A stretch of 42,517 bases of DNA from a virus (lineage: Duplodnaviria > Caudoviricetes): positions 1 to 42,517 of the IMG/VR virus record IMGVR_UViG_3300015259_000003, one strand, 5' to 3'. The translations under genes were made by a program, and so were the position numbers. The notes under the pieces are model-generated. The model had not been told where the DNA came from, ran no database searches, and saw only the letters and a program-made list of their open reading frames with translations. Positions 1 through 10,182 of the stretch are shown piece by piece; positions within the stretch are counted from its first letter, which is position 1, and each line of letters opens with the position of its first letter.

Positions 1-123
1 AGCGCAGGATCACGAATCATTTCATCAAACCTAGTGCGTGCCCGAGCGAGATTCTTATGCGCTTGCGCAGAAAGTTCTCCGCCCTTAGGATTGAAACTGG
101 CAACAGCGTCGTCCAACAGACGC
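1..123. repeat. Terminal direct repeat, left copy (circular assembly overlap)
   Basis: 1-123 is identical to 42395-42517; a reading frame runs uninterrupted across the join, giving a 42,394 bp circle. Confidence 0.97.
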
Positions 124-1220
124 TGATATTCCTGCATCTTCGCCATACCCATACGTGACACTGAATTCATTGCGTTCAGTGCTGTGCCAGTTCTTGACAT
201 AGCTTCCGTGGCCATTTCCGTCGCTGCTGGCTGAGTGCCACGCGGGCCACGAGCTTCACGCCAGAGCTCACTCCTAGCAGCATTAGTTACTGGGAAATTC
301 TTACCACCCAGTACCTGCTCGAATTCGCCGCCTGGACCAGTGAATCTCTGCTGTAGGATAGCAACCTTCTCTGGGATATTCATCTCTTTTGTGTCTACGT
401 CGGGGGCAATCCTCTTCAGCAAAGCATCAATTACTTCACGGTTTTGACGATGCTTCACATCCACAGCACCAGATGTCAGCCCGCCAATGAACCTCGCAAC
501 CCGGCTATCAGTGCCTTGTTGAAGTGTGGGGTTAACTCCTTGACGAAATAAGTTAGTGGCTTCAGCAGATGGCTTGAACCACTGCGTTAGCGCTCTCTTC
601 AGCACTCCGCCAGTAGCGCCAATTCCAGCGCCCCACATAGCATCTTCGCCAGCAGACCCAGCTTTGCTGCTAAACTGTTCGGGCAGTGTTTCGCCCTTAC
701 CTGGGTTCAATGCAAGTCCTTGAACTCCACTTGTGGCAGCGAACGCAGTAGGTCCTCGTAACCACGAAAGGGCTCTGGGAATAGCAGACGCCGCTTTGGT
801 CGCTCCACGCGCGACTGCTGCACCAGGAAGCGCAGTAGCAAGAACATTGGCACCGACATTGCCACCAAGACGCTGAAGTTTCTCAGGGTCAGCTTCATAC
901 TCAGCCTCCTGTTCACGAAGAACAGCTTGCTCTTCAGCACTAGCGCCAGTAGCTTGGCGCAATGCGCGGTACTGCGGCATCACAGCTTCACCAAACTGGC
1001 TCAGACCAATCTTAGCCCTAATAGCTGCGTCAGCTACCCCCGCGCTAATAGAACCCAAACCTCCAGCCCGCTCAAACGGCGCTGGAGCCGCAAGCGGCGC
1101 GCCCGCAGGGGTAGGTACAGCCTTACCCAGCCGTTGCTTCACGACACGCTGGATTACAGCCTTGTCTGTGCCGTCCGGAAACTCCAGCACAGTGCCATCA
1201 GCGAGTTCAGCTTCAATCAT
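1..1220 (-). CDS. Internal virion / DNA ejection protein, 5' part (572 aa in total, continues at 42394..41896)
   Basis: Absent from the ORF track because it runs off the edge. ATG at 1220 overlaps the upstream stop (ATGA); N-terminus MIEAELADGTVLEFPDGTDKAVIQRVVK; I checked 121-1220 codon by codon and found no stop; in frame with ORF 41896..42510. Confidence 0.85.
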   Translation of the reverse strand, partial: MIEAELADGTVLEFPDGTDKAVIQRVVKQRLGKAVPTPAGAPLAAPAPFERAGGLGSISAGVADAAIRAKIGLSQFGEAVMPQYRALRQATGASAEEQAVLREQEAEYEADPEKLQRLGGNVGANVLATALPGAAVARGATKAASAIPRALSWLRGPTAFAATSGVQGLALNPGKGETLPEQFSSKAGSAGEDAMWGAGIGATGGVLKRALTQWFKPSAEATNLFRQGVNPTLQQGTDSRVARFIGGLTSGAVDVKHRQNREVIDALLKRIAPDVDTKEMNIPEKVAILQQRFTGPGGEFEQVLGGKNFPVTNAARSELWREARGPRGTQPAATEMATEAMSRTGTALNAMNSVSRMGMAKMQEYQRLLDDAVASFNPKGGELSAQAHKNLARARTRFDEMIRDPA

Positions 1221-2329
1221 TTTGCAGTAACTTCATTGCCCTGCGCATCGTACCTGATGCGGCCTGGTTTTGCAGAAACGGTATTAATATCAAGCGGGTC
1301 CATCCAACTTGGATCACCACCTGTTTCTGTTTGAAATTGTTTGTACGCCTTCCGTGCATCTTCGTTTGCACTGCCTAGCACGGCAGTGCGAGAAGTCTCC
1401 AGCATTGGAAGAATGTGCGTCTTCAAAATAGTGGCGCGAGTCTTGGCACTAGTGGATGGCTTGTTGAACGTTTCAAGCTGCTGGCGCAATACTTCACCCT
1501 GTGTCTGCGAAAGGCCAGCGTCAGCGCGAGTAAGAGCATTCATTATGCCCTGGAATGCACCCATATTATCAAGCGCTTCCTTAGACAGTTTACGGTCACC
1601 AAACGGGACACGTGCCAATACCTGTTCAGTAGTAGATAGCCCAGGAACTTCTTTATCACCGGCAGCATTGATTGCTGTAAGAAGCTGACGCCCGCTCTGC
1701 ATCAACCGCGGCAATTGTTTCTTGTCTGCAAATGCTGACAACTTCTGTACATTAATGCGAGTTTCCTTGTCCAGCAAGGCTTCAGCCTTCTCAGCAGCAG
1801 CACGCTTGCGTTCCTCGGCCTTGTCAGCTTCGCGGTCAGCCCGGCTACCCGCGGCCACCGCTCCCAAAGACATGCGAAGAGCACGCTGGTCAGCAGCACG
1901 ATCATTGCGACCCTGTTCAAGCATGGTGGTCATACTCTGCTGAAGTGCATATCTTTCTTTAGCAAGCTCTTTCTGCTGGTCTAACCGCGCGACTTGATTT
2001 TCCCTAGTGGCAGCCCTAGCTTCATCACGTTCTTCAGTAAACATAGGAGACGAAATAAACTCACCTGTCTGTGGCAAAGCAAATCCTTGAGAGCCAAGTT
2101 GCATCGGCTTTCCAGCGGAAGCGGCACTCTTAGCCATTGCCCCCGCAGCGTTCGCTGCTCCTGGATTATTAGCCATCTGCAAAACAGCCGCCATGGGATC
2201 AAAACGATGCGCCTGCGCATTGGCCTCAGCCAAACGTGGATCAGCGTTCCGCGCGTTACTACGTAGAAACTCAGCCAGAAGCATCTGCTTCTGCTCTGGC
2301 GTACCAGAAACGAGGTTATAGTCCGCCAT
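1217..2329 (-). CDS. Putative DNA ejection (internal virion) protein, 370 aa
   Basis: Ala/Gln-rich helical protein in the ejectosome block after the tail tubular genes. Confidence 0.6.
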   Translation of the reverse strand: MADYNLVSGTPEQKQMLLAEFLRSNARNADPRLAEANAQAHRFDPMAAVLQMANNPGAANAAGAMAKSAASAGKPMQLGSQGFALPQTGEFISSPMFTEERDEARAATRENQVARLDQQKELAKERYALQQSMTTMLEQGRNDRAADQRALRMSLGAVAAGSRADREADKAEERKRAAAEKAEALLDKETRINVQKLSAFADKKQLPRLMQSGRQLLTAINAAGDKEVPGLSTTEQVLARVPFGDRKLSKEALDNMGAFQGIMNALTRADAGLSQTQGEVLRQQLETFNKPSTSAKTRATILKTHILPMLETSRTAVLGSANEDARKAYKQFQTETGGDPSWMDPLDINTVSAKPGRIRYDAQGNEVTAK

Positions 2330-2696
2330 AACCGAATGGTCTCTTCTGTTGCCCAGGCATAAGCCCTGTTCCGCCAGTTGGCTGAGAAGTTGGTTGAGGT
2401 GACTGAGCCAGTATGGCTTTTAAAGTCATCTGATTTTGCATCTGCTGGCGCTGCGCCTGCTGCTGTTGCCCAGCGAGTGCTTGATTGCGCAGCATGCCAC
2501 CCTGCGCCCCACCGCCAATGTGCGCAATACTCTCCAGTACGCTTGGAGCCATCAGCATACGCCCAGCGCTGCGCTGCGGCAATTGTCTACCACGCAAAAA
2601 CTTCGCCTGTTCCATCTGAGCCTGAATTGCTGGCTCCGCCTCGGCATTCATTCCACCTAGCCGAAGTATTTCAGCCATCTGTTCTGGAGTCATCAT
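2316..2696 (-). CDS. Putative small ejection protein, 126 aa
   Basis: Gln/Gly/Ala-rich; overlaps both neighbours in the ejectosome block. Confidence 0.55.
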   Translation of the reverse strand: MMTPEQMAEILRLGGMNAEAEPAIQAQMEQAKFLRGRQLPQRSAGRMLMAPSVLESIAHIGGGAQGGMLRNQALAGQQQQAQRQQMQNQMTLKAILAQSPQPTSQPTGGTGLMPGQQKRPFGYGGL

Positions 2697-3853
2697 GTCA
2701 GCACCTTGCTGTAGTCAACTTTAAGGAACCCATTGGCGTCAGCATGCACAGCATCAGGAATTACGCGCTGCACTTCTTGAGCAATCACGCCCAAGTGCAT
2801 ATCTTCCTGCCCAACGAACCTATACTGGTATATGGAAATTCCATTAGGTAGCATACCAACAATCTTCATGTCCTTCTTCAACCTGCGGTCTGAGAAATAC
2901 ATCGCTGCAATAGTTGCCAAACCAGACACAGTGCTCTGTGTCTGCGCATTCCTCGCATTAGTGGCGTCCATCGCTGCACCATACTGGTCGTTCATAGCAC
3001 CAGTCAGATCGAAGCCCTGTGCCTTACTTGCCGTTTGAAAGTTTGGCATCTGCGGATTCTGCACTTGCTGCCCAGTGAGCAGCGCATTCAGCTCATTAAG
3101 CGCCTGATTGCGCCGAGCCTGCTGCTCACTAATGGCCTGACCGCGTGTAGCATTATTGAATGCGCCAGCCTGCACCCCACCCTGAAGCTCCTTCATGGCA
3201 GCTTCATTACCAAAACCAGCACTAGCTAAATCCTGGCCAAATAGCATCTGGTCTTCGCTACGGCCCTCTCCAATTGCCGCAAGGTGCGCACGAGCCTCTT
3301 CGTCACTAAGTCGCTGCATCTCTGCATTGTAGGCTTCACTACCACGGGTAATGCCCTGATTAGCAAGCTGAGTTTCAACTGCTGCTCGGCGGCGATCCAA
3401 CTGAGGTTGTTGCAATTTAGTGATTGCGTCCTGCGCCCGCTGCCTCCAATCACCAGGTGACCGTGTCAATGAGCGCTGCAAGCTAAGAGACTGCGAAAGT
3501 GGGCTAGCCCGGTCTGGTAGTTCATCCCAATTCATTGGAGTGCCAAGAGCACCCGTAGCCTGATCTAATAGACCTTCTGCACCTGCAGACCGACCCATCT
3601 GAATACGCTGTTGCGCGTCCAACGCAGCTTGCTGATCAGGGCTAAGCGTTATGTCAGACGCCCACTCGGTAATCGGCTTGCCCGTAGATGGGTCTATGCC
3701 AGCAGACGTATTCCATGTCTGGCTACCCCACGGAGTATTTATCTCGGGGCGGTTCGCGTATATTTGCTGGACTGTGTTTTCTTTATTTTCTTCGCCAGTA
3801 GCTTTTGCAGCACCTACATAATCAGGTGCCGGCGGAGCAGATTTCTTTCCCAT
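2693..3853 (-). CDS. Ejection/pilot-like virion protein with C-terminal peptidase S74 (intramolecular chaperone) domain
   Basis: N-terminal MGKKSAPPAPDY; C-terminal SDRRLKKD...IYQYRF...GVIAQEVQRVIPDAV...VDYSKV is the S74 signature. Confidence 0.75.
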   Translation of the reverse strand: MGKKSAPPAPDYVGAAKATGEENKENTVQQIYANRPEINTPWGSQTWNTSAGIDPSTGKPITEWASDITLSPDQQAALDAQQRIQMGRSAGAEGLLDQATGALGTPMNWDELPDRASPLSQSLSLQRSLTRSPGDWRQRAQDAITKLQQPQLDRRRAAVETQLANQGITRGSEAYNAEMQRLSDEEARAHLAAIGEGRSEDQMLFGQDLASAGFGNEAAMKELQGGVQAGAFNNATRGQAISEQQARRNQALNELNALLTGQQVQNPQMPNFQTASKAQGFDLTGAMNDQYGAAMDATNARNAQTQSTVSGLATIAAMYFSDRRLKKDMKIVGMLPNGISIYQYRFVGQEDMHLGVIAQEVQRVIPDAVHADANGFLKVDYSKVLT

Positions 3854-4226
3854 GTGTATTCCTCAGCCATCTACATTCAGATTTCCTAAGGCGAAGCAGG
3901 ATCAAGTCCTTACCTTCCAGCCCTGAGTCCTCTACACGGTAAACTTCCTTGAACCCACACCTTTTGTCTATGTCTAGTGCTCTGGTATTAGCACTGTCCA
4001 CCAGCGCCAACACTTCCACCAGTTTGCACTGAACAAATGGGTACTCGAAAATTGCCCGGACGAATGTTCGACTGACTGCGGATGGGTCGTCAATGGCACT
4101 GTGCATGAAGCACGAGCGCCCGGTGAAGCCATTGTATGCCACTACCGCAGCCAAAGACAATCCATCACGGCTAACACCAATACCACGAAAATCTGCACTA
4201 TACGAAATACCCAGCCGTTTTTCCAT
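3822..4226 (-). CDS. GNAT-fold acetyltransferase-like virion assembly protein
   Basis: AIFEYPFVQCK...ALVDSANTRALDIDKRCGFKEV is a GNAT motif; typical position between tail tubular B and the ejection genes; true start may be about 12 codons upstream. Confidence 0.75.
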   Translation of the reverse strand: MEKRLGISYSADFRGIGVSRDGLSLAAVVAYNGFTGRSCFMHSAIDDPSAVSRTFVRAIFEYPFVQCKLVEVLALVDSANTRALDIDKRCGFKEVYRVEDSGLEGKDLILLRLRKSECRWLRNTHGKEICSAGT

Positions 4227-4258
4227 AAACGGGCCTAGCCACGAACGGTCAGTGACAA

Positions 4259-5914
4259 TTACCCCAAGATATTCCCCGACTGAAATGCGTAATCTATATG
4301 CGCCAAAACTGTATCACCCGTAGACAGTGTCGCTAACGTAGCAGCGCCAGCGAACCCAACGTCGCCGGTCGACGCCCATTCAGCAAATACTTCGGTGCCA
4401 CCGCCCCATACACCGAACCCCCACAGCCCGACACCCCACAGTGATCCCGCACTAACAATCACAGGCAATAACCCAGCAGGAACGCTGTACTTATAATTCA
4501 CAGCGACGTCAATTGATATTTGAGGCTGAGCTGACCCAGTGAATACCGGGCGTACCAGCAAGAACTGTTTTTCAAGCGCTGGAGTACCAAAGTGACTAAA
4601 TGCAGGCATGATTGTACCTGCAATAGGAGTACCCGACGACGGAGCAGCACCAAACGCTACATTATCTAGCGGGCCGTTCAATATAAGAAGCACCTTGCCG
4701 GTGGTAGTCCCAGCGAACATATACCCAGCTGTGAAACCCAGTGAATACACAGGTATTCCGCTGAACTTACACCACTGATTTAGTGACGTACTCATCACGT
4801 ATTGCAGTTGCTGCGACGACCCATAGTCAGGTACGTTCACCAGCATTACACGCTCACTGGGGTGAACTAGCATCTGCCAGCCGCGCTGGGTGAAACTAGC
4901 ACGAAGATCAGTACCAATCAATGGTCTAATCTTGGAGGAGTATTCCTTAGAGCTGGCAACAAGAAAGTCAGCACCACCACGAGTGACATAGCTAATGGGG
5001 AAGATACCATCGGCACTGGAGATAACGAGGTCTCCACCATACTGAGTAAAAGCGCGACGTCCCACTGGGATTTGCCCGACGAACCAAGTTCCAACGAGTC
5101 CAAAGGTAGACGCTGAGGCTGGGTCAGTTCCTTTAAAGACACAGACATCACCATTACTCCCCACCGCCACTAACAAGTCGTCAATGCCCGTACCTGCATC
5201 AATAGTCCAGTTAGCAAGATAAGCTAAATGCCCACCATGCTTGAACATAGGGCCAAAGTCGAAGTAAGCCCCCGCACCATAAACAGCACTGGCTGGCAGA
5301 TAGGCTGCCTTAGTAGTATTCTTAACAACGAACCACGCCCGACTTTTCCACTCCAGCACCTGGACGAACACTGTCGGATCAGTTACAGATACCTGTGTTC
5401 CACCAGCGCCGAGCGTGACTTTCACCCACGTAGTGCCATCATATGTAAAATATCCGTCAGCCTCACTACACGCCAGCATATACGCGGTGCCAGCGGAATT
5501 AGTGAACATTGTGCTGTTCATCCAACCGGCATCGGCCGCAGCAGACAGAGCTTGCGACAGCGTAGGGGAACTCGTAGTAGTTGTTATCTCGTAGATGCCA
5601 GCATCAATGGACGCGAACAGCTTACCCGGCATAGTTGTCGGGGTTATTAGAAATGAACCACCAGGAAACGATGTAGTAGACGAAAAGTATGGGAGAATGC
5701 CGCCGACAGCGGCATTCCCAGGCATGTTTATCGCCCATTCACTATACCCCTTACGGCAGTGAACACCACCAGCATCTGGAATCCAGTTAGTTAGGACTAC
5801 AGCATCTGTCTCCGGCATAGCTGCCAGCCCATCACGAGCATTCAGCCCGCCATTGGGAGCAGGTATGGTCTTTATCTGCGCACGCGCAGGAAATGTTGGG
5901 GCTCTACGAACCAT
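4259..5914 (-). CDS. Tail tubular protein B / packaged-DNA stabilisation protein (P22 gp10-like nozzle)
   Basis: 551 aa beta-rich protein with PAPNGGLNARD start, located after the adaptor gene. Confidence 0.75.
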   Translation of the reverse strand: MVRRAPTFPARAQIKTIPAPNGGLNARDGLAAMPETDAVVLTNWIPDAGGVHCRKGYSEWAINMPGNAAVGGILPYFSSTTSFPGGSFLITPTTMPGKLFASIDAGIYEITTTTSSPTLSQALSAAADAGWMNSTMFTNSAGTAYMLACSEADGYFTYDGTTWVKVTLGAGGTQVSVTDPTVFVQVLEWKSRAWFVVKNTTKAAYLPASAVYGAGAYFDFGPMFKHGGHLAYLANWTIDAGTGIDDLLVAVGSNGDVCVFKGTDPASASTFGLVGTWFVGQIPVGRRAFTQYGGDLVISSADGIFPISYVTRGGADFLVASSKEYSSKIRPLIGTDLRASFTQRGWQMLVHPSERVMLVNVPDYGSSQQLQYVMSTSLNQWCKFSGIPVYSLGFTAGYMFAGTTTGKVLLILNGPLDNVAFGAAPSSGTPIAGTIMPAFSHFGTPALEKQFLLVRPVFTGSAQPQISIDVAVNYKYSVPAGLLPVIVSAGSLWGVGLWGFGVWGGGTEVFAEWASTGDVGFAGAATLATLSTGDTVLAHIDYAFQSGNILG

Positions 5915-6638
5915 ACCCTGTATCCGGCAAATTCAACACGCCGAGATACGGGTAGTCGGACCCTTTGGCGATGGACAGGGTTCGCCCAGGAACATCGTTT
6001 GCTTTAGCAGCAGCTTCTACACGAGCGTACTCACGAAGCAACTTGGTAGTGTCAAATTGTTTAGCCTCATACCACGCCAACTTCAACGCAGTCTTGAACA
6101 ACTGAGGATCATACAGGACAATATCGTTGTCAACTTCTAAGTTATCCTTGTAGAGATTTGCATCAGTTGCATCCCTCACCCACCCGCGACTCGTGTACGG
6201 AAGCACAATTGTCTCAACAGCAGTGGGCACATTGTAGAACACCACCTTGTCATTCTGCACCTTAAACAGTGCTGTAAACGACGTGCCACTAAGCAAGCGT
6301 GCCTTTAGCATCTGCCATTCAAACTCTGCTATGCTGCCAATGACAGGAAGACGCTTAGAGCGGTTCCACGAAGAATCAGCCACGTAGCCATCAAAGTCCG
6401 TTGGAAGAACATAGATATCTACACCGATTGTAGTGACAATGGTGTGATCTCTGGACAATATCTGCCACTTATGCTGACCCATGGCCAGTTTCTGGCCAAC
6501 TTCAGTAGCGAGTTGCCACCACTGCTGAGTTCGTTTATCTGTGTCCCCAGCGATAGTTGTGGGCACGGTCATACTCATGCCCTTCATAACTTGCTGAACA
6601 AGAACCTGCCCTGTTGACCGGCGCTGGGAGGTTGCCAC
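5904..6638 (-). CDS. Tail tubular protein A / head-tail adaptor
   Basis: 244 aa with YVLPTDF motif; synteny after capsid genes. Confidence 0.65.
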   Translation of the reverse strand: MATSQRRSTGQVLVQQVMKGMSMTVPTTIAGDTDKRTQQWWQLATEVGQKLAMGQHKWQILSRDHTIVTTIGVDIYVLPTDFDGYVADSSWNRSKRLPVIGSIAEFEWQMLKARLLSGTSFTALFKVQNDKVVFYNVPTAVETIVLPYTSRGWVRDATDANLYKDNLEVDNDIVLYDPQLFKTALKLAWYEAKQFDTTKLLREYARVEAAAKANDVPGRTLSIAKGSDYPYLGVLNLPDTGYGS

Positions 6639-6641
6639 GGA

Positions 6642-7232
6642 TTACTTCCTCTTTTGAAGAGCTTCGACTTGCGCCGTCAGCTTGCTGATCTGCTCAGCCA
6701 TTTCCTTCTGATTACGCTCCGCAACTTCCAGAGAGTTTTTCGCATCAGACGCGATCTTCTGCAGCGCCTCTATCGGTGCAGCTTCTTTTGCGTACTTCAA
6801 GAAGTTTTGAGCCTTCTGTTTGTAGGTGGTTAAACCAGAAAACTTAGAGCATACAGAGTCGCTAGCACTGGCAAGCTGTTCCACAGTAAAGAAACCCATG
6901 TACTTCAACTCTTCCAGCATGGCGCGGGAAATACTAGGCCATTCCTTCAGCGGTGTACCAGTAATTGACTCTTCTTCACCAGCCTTAAACGCACGATATG
7001 CATCACGCCAACGAACTTGGTCATCTTTACGCGCAGGCCGCTGAACGCAGTTATTACGGTCACCACGCACACGAATTTCAACGAACTCTACATCTGTGAA
7101 CAGCAATCTACCCTCGGTCTCTAGAGAACCGTCAACCGGCAGAGGCTCAAGGTAAAAACGCACAGCAAGGTTCTTATCCGCCTCAGCAGACTGTTGCATG
7201 CGGTAGTCAAAGTCCAGTTCTTCAAGCGCCAT
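6642..7232 (-). CDS. Conserved phage protein (FVEIRVRGD...GTPLKEWP...TVEQLA, C-terminal coiled coil)
   Basis: Strong AAGGAG RBS; recurrent motif type in the head module of this kind of podophage. Confidence 0.7.
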   Translation of the reverse strand: MALEELDFDYRMQQSAEADKNLAVRFYLEPLPVDGSLETEGRLLFTDVEFVEIRVRGDRNNCVQRPARKDDQVRWRDAYRAFKAGEEESITGTPLKEWPSISRAMLEELKYMGFFTVEQLASASDSVCSKFSGLTTYKQKAQNFLKYAKEAAPIEALQKIASDAKNSLEVAERNQKEMAEQISKLTAQVEALQKRK

Positions 7233-7275
7233 GAAGTTTCTCCTTGAAATGGCCCCGAGATTGGAGCCATGTCAA

Positions 7276-7295
7276 GAAGGGGCCGAAGCCCCTTC
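7276..7295 (-). terminator. Hairpin terminator/stabiliser after the capsid decoration gene
   Basis: Minus strand GAAGGGGC-TTCG-GCCCCTTC directly after the stop at 7299; the U-tract is weak. Confidence 0.6.
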
Positions 7296-7298
7296 AAG

Positions 7299-8045
7299 TT
7301 AGGTGATAGCACCTTGCGCGAACGCGCGGTTCATGTGCAACACGTTATAGAAGATCGTAGCGTTGTTGTCCGTCTGAGTAACGCTGCCAGCAATGTCCGC
7401 CGAGTTGGCGACCGTCGCGATCACGTACTTACCCATCGGGTCAATGTCCCCAATGATAGCCGATGCACCTACTCCAGTGCCAGACAAGTAACCACCGACC
7501 CACCAGCCATCAGTCGTGACCACATTTATCCGTGTATCACCGTTCAACCCGGTGGCCGCTTTCGCAAGGGTCCGAGTAGCAGTGCCGCCGACGCGAGCAT
7601 TCAAGATTTGCTTACCCGCGGTATTGGCGCCAATCTGACCAGCAGCAGTGATGCCTGCGGTGGTATCCACAGCAACCGTGGCAGTCCCATTCACTGGCGT
7701 GTTGCCAGAGTACATGAACCACCCGTACTCACCGGAAGCCATCGCGCCCACACACTGCGCCACCGCGAGCGCACGTCCGAGGTTAGCCGTATTCGGGCAC
7801 TCTGTGGCGTTGATCGTGTAGAGCAGATTGGTGGCGTCCCAGACCGGAGTCAATACGCACAAGCCGTACTGTCTAATAGCGCCGTTGGCCCGAGCGAAAA
7901 TGAACTCACCACCACCGAACACTTTGTCATCTGCCTGCGCGATCATGCCCGGCACGACACCAGATGCAAGACCGGCCGCAGCCGCGAGCTTCCGCTCAAT
8001 GTTCGGGTAACCGGCCATGCCTGGGGAACTGAATTTGTAACCCAT
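7299..8045 (-). CDS. Capsid decoration/cement-like protein, 248 aa
   Basis: Gly/Ala/Thr-rich, directly after the MCP, AAGGAGG RBS, followed by a hairpin. Confidence 0.6.
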   Translation of the reverse strand: MGYKFSSPGMAGYPNIERKLAAAAGLASGVVPGMIAQADDKVFGGGEFIFARANGAIRQYGLCVLTPVWDATNLLYTINATECPNTANLGRALAVAQCVGAMASGEYGWFMYSGNTPVNGTATVAVDTTAGITAAGQIGANTAGKQILNARVGGTATRTLAKAATGLNGDTRINVVTTDGWWVGGYLSGTGVGASAIIGDIDPMGKYVIATVANSADIAGSVTQTDNNATIFYNVLHMNRAFAQGAIT

Positions 8046-8055
8046 GTCGCCCTCC

Positions 8056-9021
8056 TTAGGCAGTTGCGATCAGCCGGCCCTGGAATTGGGAACCGGAACT
8101 GGTCATGTTGCCCGCAAACGCGAGAATTTGCACTTCAGCGTCCTGGTTAATCGCATAGCGCCGGTTAGGGCTCAGCGGAACCATGTTACGCCGCGCGTGC
8201 GGCCGGTAATACAGATACTTGGTGTTCAGGAAGAAGCACGTCCGCGCTGCCGCAAATCCACCAATGCCGCCATCCAGAACGCAATCCGCGTCCATAAATT
8301 TAATGGTCGGGAAACCCAACTTACCAACTTCAGACTGTGTAAAGCGTTGAAGAGCCTGAAGACTGGCCATGTACTGTGTCCACCAAAGAGTGTCCATCAG
8401 CAGCAAATTGGGGCGGTCCATGCCACGGACCAAGTTAGCCCACATGGCGTTCATGGCAGGCTGCACGGTTGCGCTCGTGAGAGAAGCGATCGTGGTGCTG
8501 CGGGAACGCCAGAAGACCCACGTTGCGCGGTCGATGCCACCATACGTGCCCGTGGTCGGCACTACAGGAACAGCAAGGTCCAAGCCAACAATTTGTTTAC
8601 CCCCCGCGGCCGTTCCATCACTGTACATACCGGCTGCGACGAGGTTCATCATCGTAGACTCAGCTACGTCCATGCGCCCGGCCATCAAGTCAATCATCTG
8701 CTCAGGGCCACCGTTCTTCAGTTCGTCAAGACCGCTGATAACAACAGGCACGGCAGCTTGCTTAATGTCGTACTGAGCAGCAGACAACACGTCCTGCGCA
8801 GCTACCGGCAACAAGTCATAGCCCGAATACCAGCCAGCATTCGCATTTTCAGCGAAACTCAGTTCCTCGTAAATCAGTGAACCGCCACTGAATGTACGAA
8901 CGTTACCCTTGTCCTTGATGTAGGCCAACAGACCATTGTTCTTGGTCACGTTGTCCTGAATCTTCTTCGATCGCTTCTCGATCGTGGTGGCGATGATATC
9001 GCTCACATTTGGGAATGCCAT
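8056..9021 (-). CDS. Major capsid protein
   Basis: 321 aa, IIATTIEKRSKKIQDNVTKNN...GWYSGYD...YGGIDRA motifs, follows the scaffold, GGAGG RBS. Confidence 0.9.
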   Translation of the reverse strand: MAFPNVSDIIATTIEKRSKKIQDNVTKNNGLLAYIKDKGNVRTFSGGSLIYEELSFAENANAGWYSGYDLLPVAAQDVLSAAQYDIKQAAVPVVISGLDELKNGGPEQMIDLMAGRMDVAESTMMNLVAAGMYSDGTAAGGKQIVGLDLAVPVVPTTGTYGGIDRATWVFWRSRSTTIASLTSATVQPAMNAMWANLVRGMDRPNLLLMDTLWWTQYMASLQALQRFTQSEVGKLGFPTIKFMDADCVLDGGIGGFAAARTCFFLNTKYLYYRPHARRNMVPLSPNRRYAINQDAEVQILAFAGNMTSSGSQFQGRLIATA

Positions 9022-9047
9022 GATGGCCTCCAGGAAAATGAAGTGTA

Positions 9048-10181
9048 TTACCGTCGGTTGGCCACTTCTTTCATCGATGCCAGAATGGCTGATCGAAGAC
9101 TTCCGTCACCTTCCTCTTCACCGCCCTGCGAGGGTGCTCCACCATTGCTGGGGATGCTGGCCGCTGCTTCAAGCGCTCTACGGGCCGCTGCGGTTTGCTG
9201 GGCCGACCCGTTTGCTTGCTCTCGTTTTCGGACTAATTCCGAAATCGTCGGATGCGCCATTGTAGCCATCCTATACGCGTCTTGCAAGCTAATTTTGCGT
9301 CCTTGGTTTGAATAAGCTTCCAGCAGTGCCGCGATATCCATTTGAACATCAGCAGCGAACTCATTTTCAGAAGCAAACTTAGTCCACTCGGCTGACAATT
9401 CTTCCTGTGTCTTAGCTGTCTGAGCCTGCTGGCCCTGCTTAAATTGCTCCATAAAATCTAGCATTGGCTTCAGCTTGTTATCCAGCAAGCCCACCAGAGG
9501 ATCAACTTCGGCGGACGGCGGACGCTGCTGCTGCAACTTTGCGCTCAGCGTTTTGTCCAGCAAATCTAGCGGGATACCAAAGTTGACAATCATTTCGGCG
9601 ATAAGGCTAGCTTTGTGGCCAGGAGGAGCTACGCGCAACGCTGCGGCGGTCTTCAGCACAGCATCCACTGCCTGCATAGCTGTGGCATTCTCAGCGCGAA
9701 ACATAGCCTCATACGGCTGAGTAATACGGTGAAACTCGTCAGAAGTTTTTCGTGCCTCAGTCGTAGCACTCAGCACTTGCTGAACTTCAAGTTCTCGTCT
9801 AGCAATGGTTGCCTGCACTTCCGGCTTGATTGTTGACCAGTGCTCGCGTTCCTCGGGTTTCCAACTAACTGGAGCACGCGACTCAGCTGGCTTCGGCGCC
9901 GGTGATGTCACTTTCCCTTCTTTAGCCGGTTCCTTATCCGCAGGAACCTGCCCTTGTGCGGGGGTCTTGGGTGTGTATCGTCCATCATCACTCCGTGCAC
10001 GTTCGGAGGAGGGTGTAATTTCCTTTCCAGTAGTGGCGTCAAAGACTGCGACTTCTTGTCTAAAATCGTGTTCTTCTCCACCAATAGCCGAAGGAGAGCC
10101 GGTAGTTTCTTGGCCACCATCATCTCCTTTGCTTAAATCTGCAAACGCAGCGGCCATGTCGTCACGCATGTCTTGTGGCAT
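9048..10181 (-). CDS. Capsid scaffolding protein
   Basis: Acidic disordered N-terminus, APVSWKPEEREHW motif, helical body, immediately upstream of the MCP. Confidence 0.75.
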   Translation of the reverse strand: MPQDMRDDMAAAFADLSKGDDGGQETTGSPSAIGGEEHDFRQEVAVFDATTGKEITPSSERARSDDGRYTPKTPAQGQVPADKEPAKEGKVTSPAPKPAESRAPVSWKPEEREHWSTIKPEVQATIARRELEVQQVLSATTEARKTSDEFHRITQPYEAMFRAENATAMQAVDAVLKTAAALRVAPPGHKASLIAEMIVNFGIPLDLLDKTLSAKLQQQRPPSAEVDPLVGLLDNKLKPMLDFMEQFKQGQQAQTAKTQEELSAEWTKFASENEFAADVQMDIAALLEAYSNQGRKISLQDAYRMATMAHPTISELVRKREQANGSAQQTAAARRALEAAASIPSNGGAPSQGGEEEGDGSLRSAILASMKEVANRR

Positions 10182-10182
10182 A

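Noticed and set aside
1-123. Biological direct terminal repeat
   Set aside because: It falls in the middle of a coding gene that reads through the join, as expected for an assembler circular overlap
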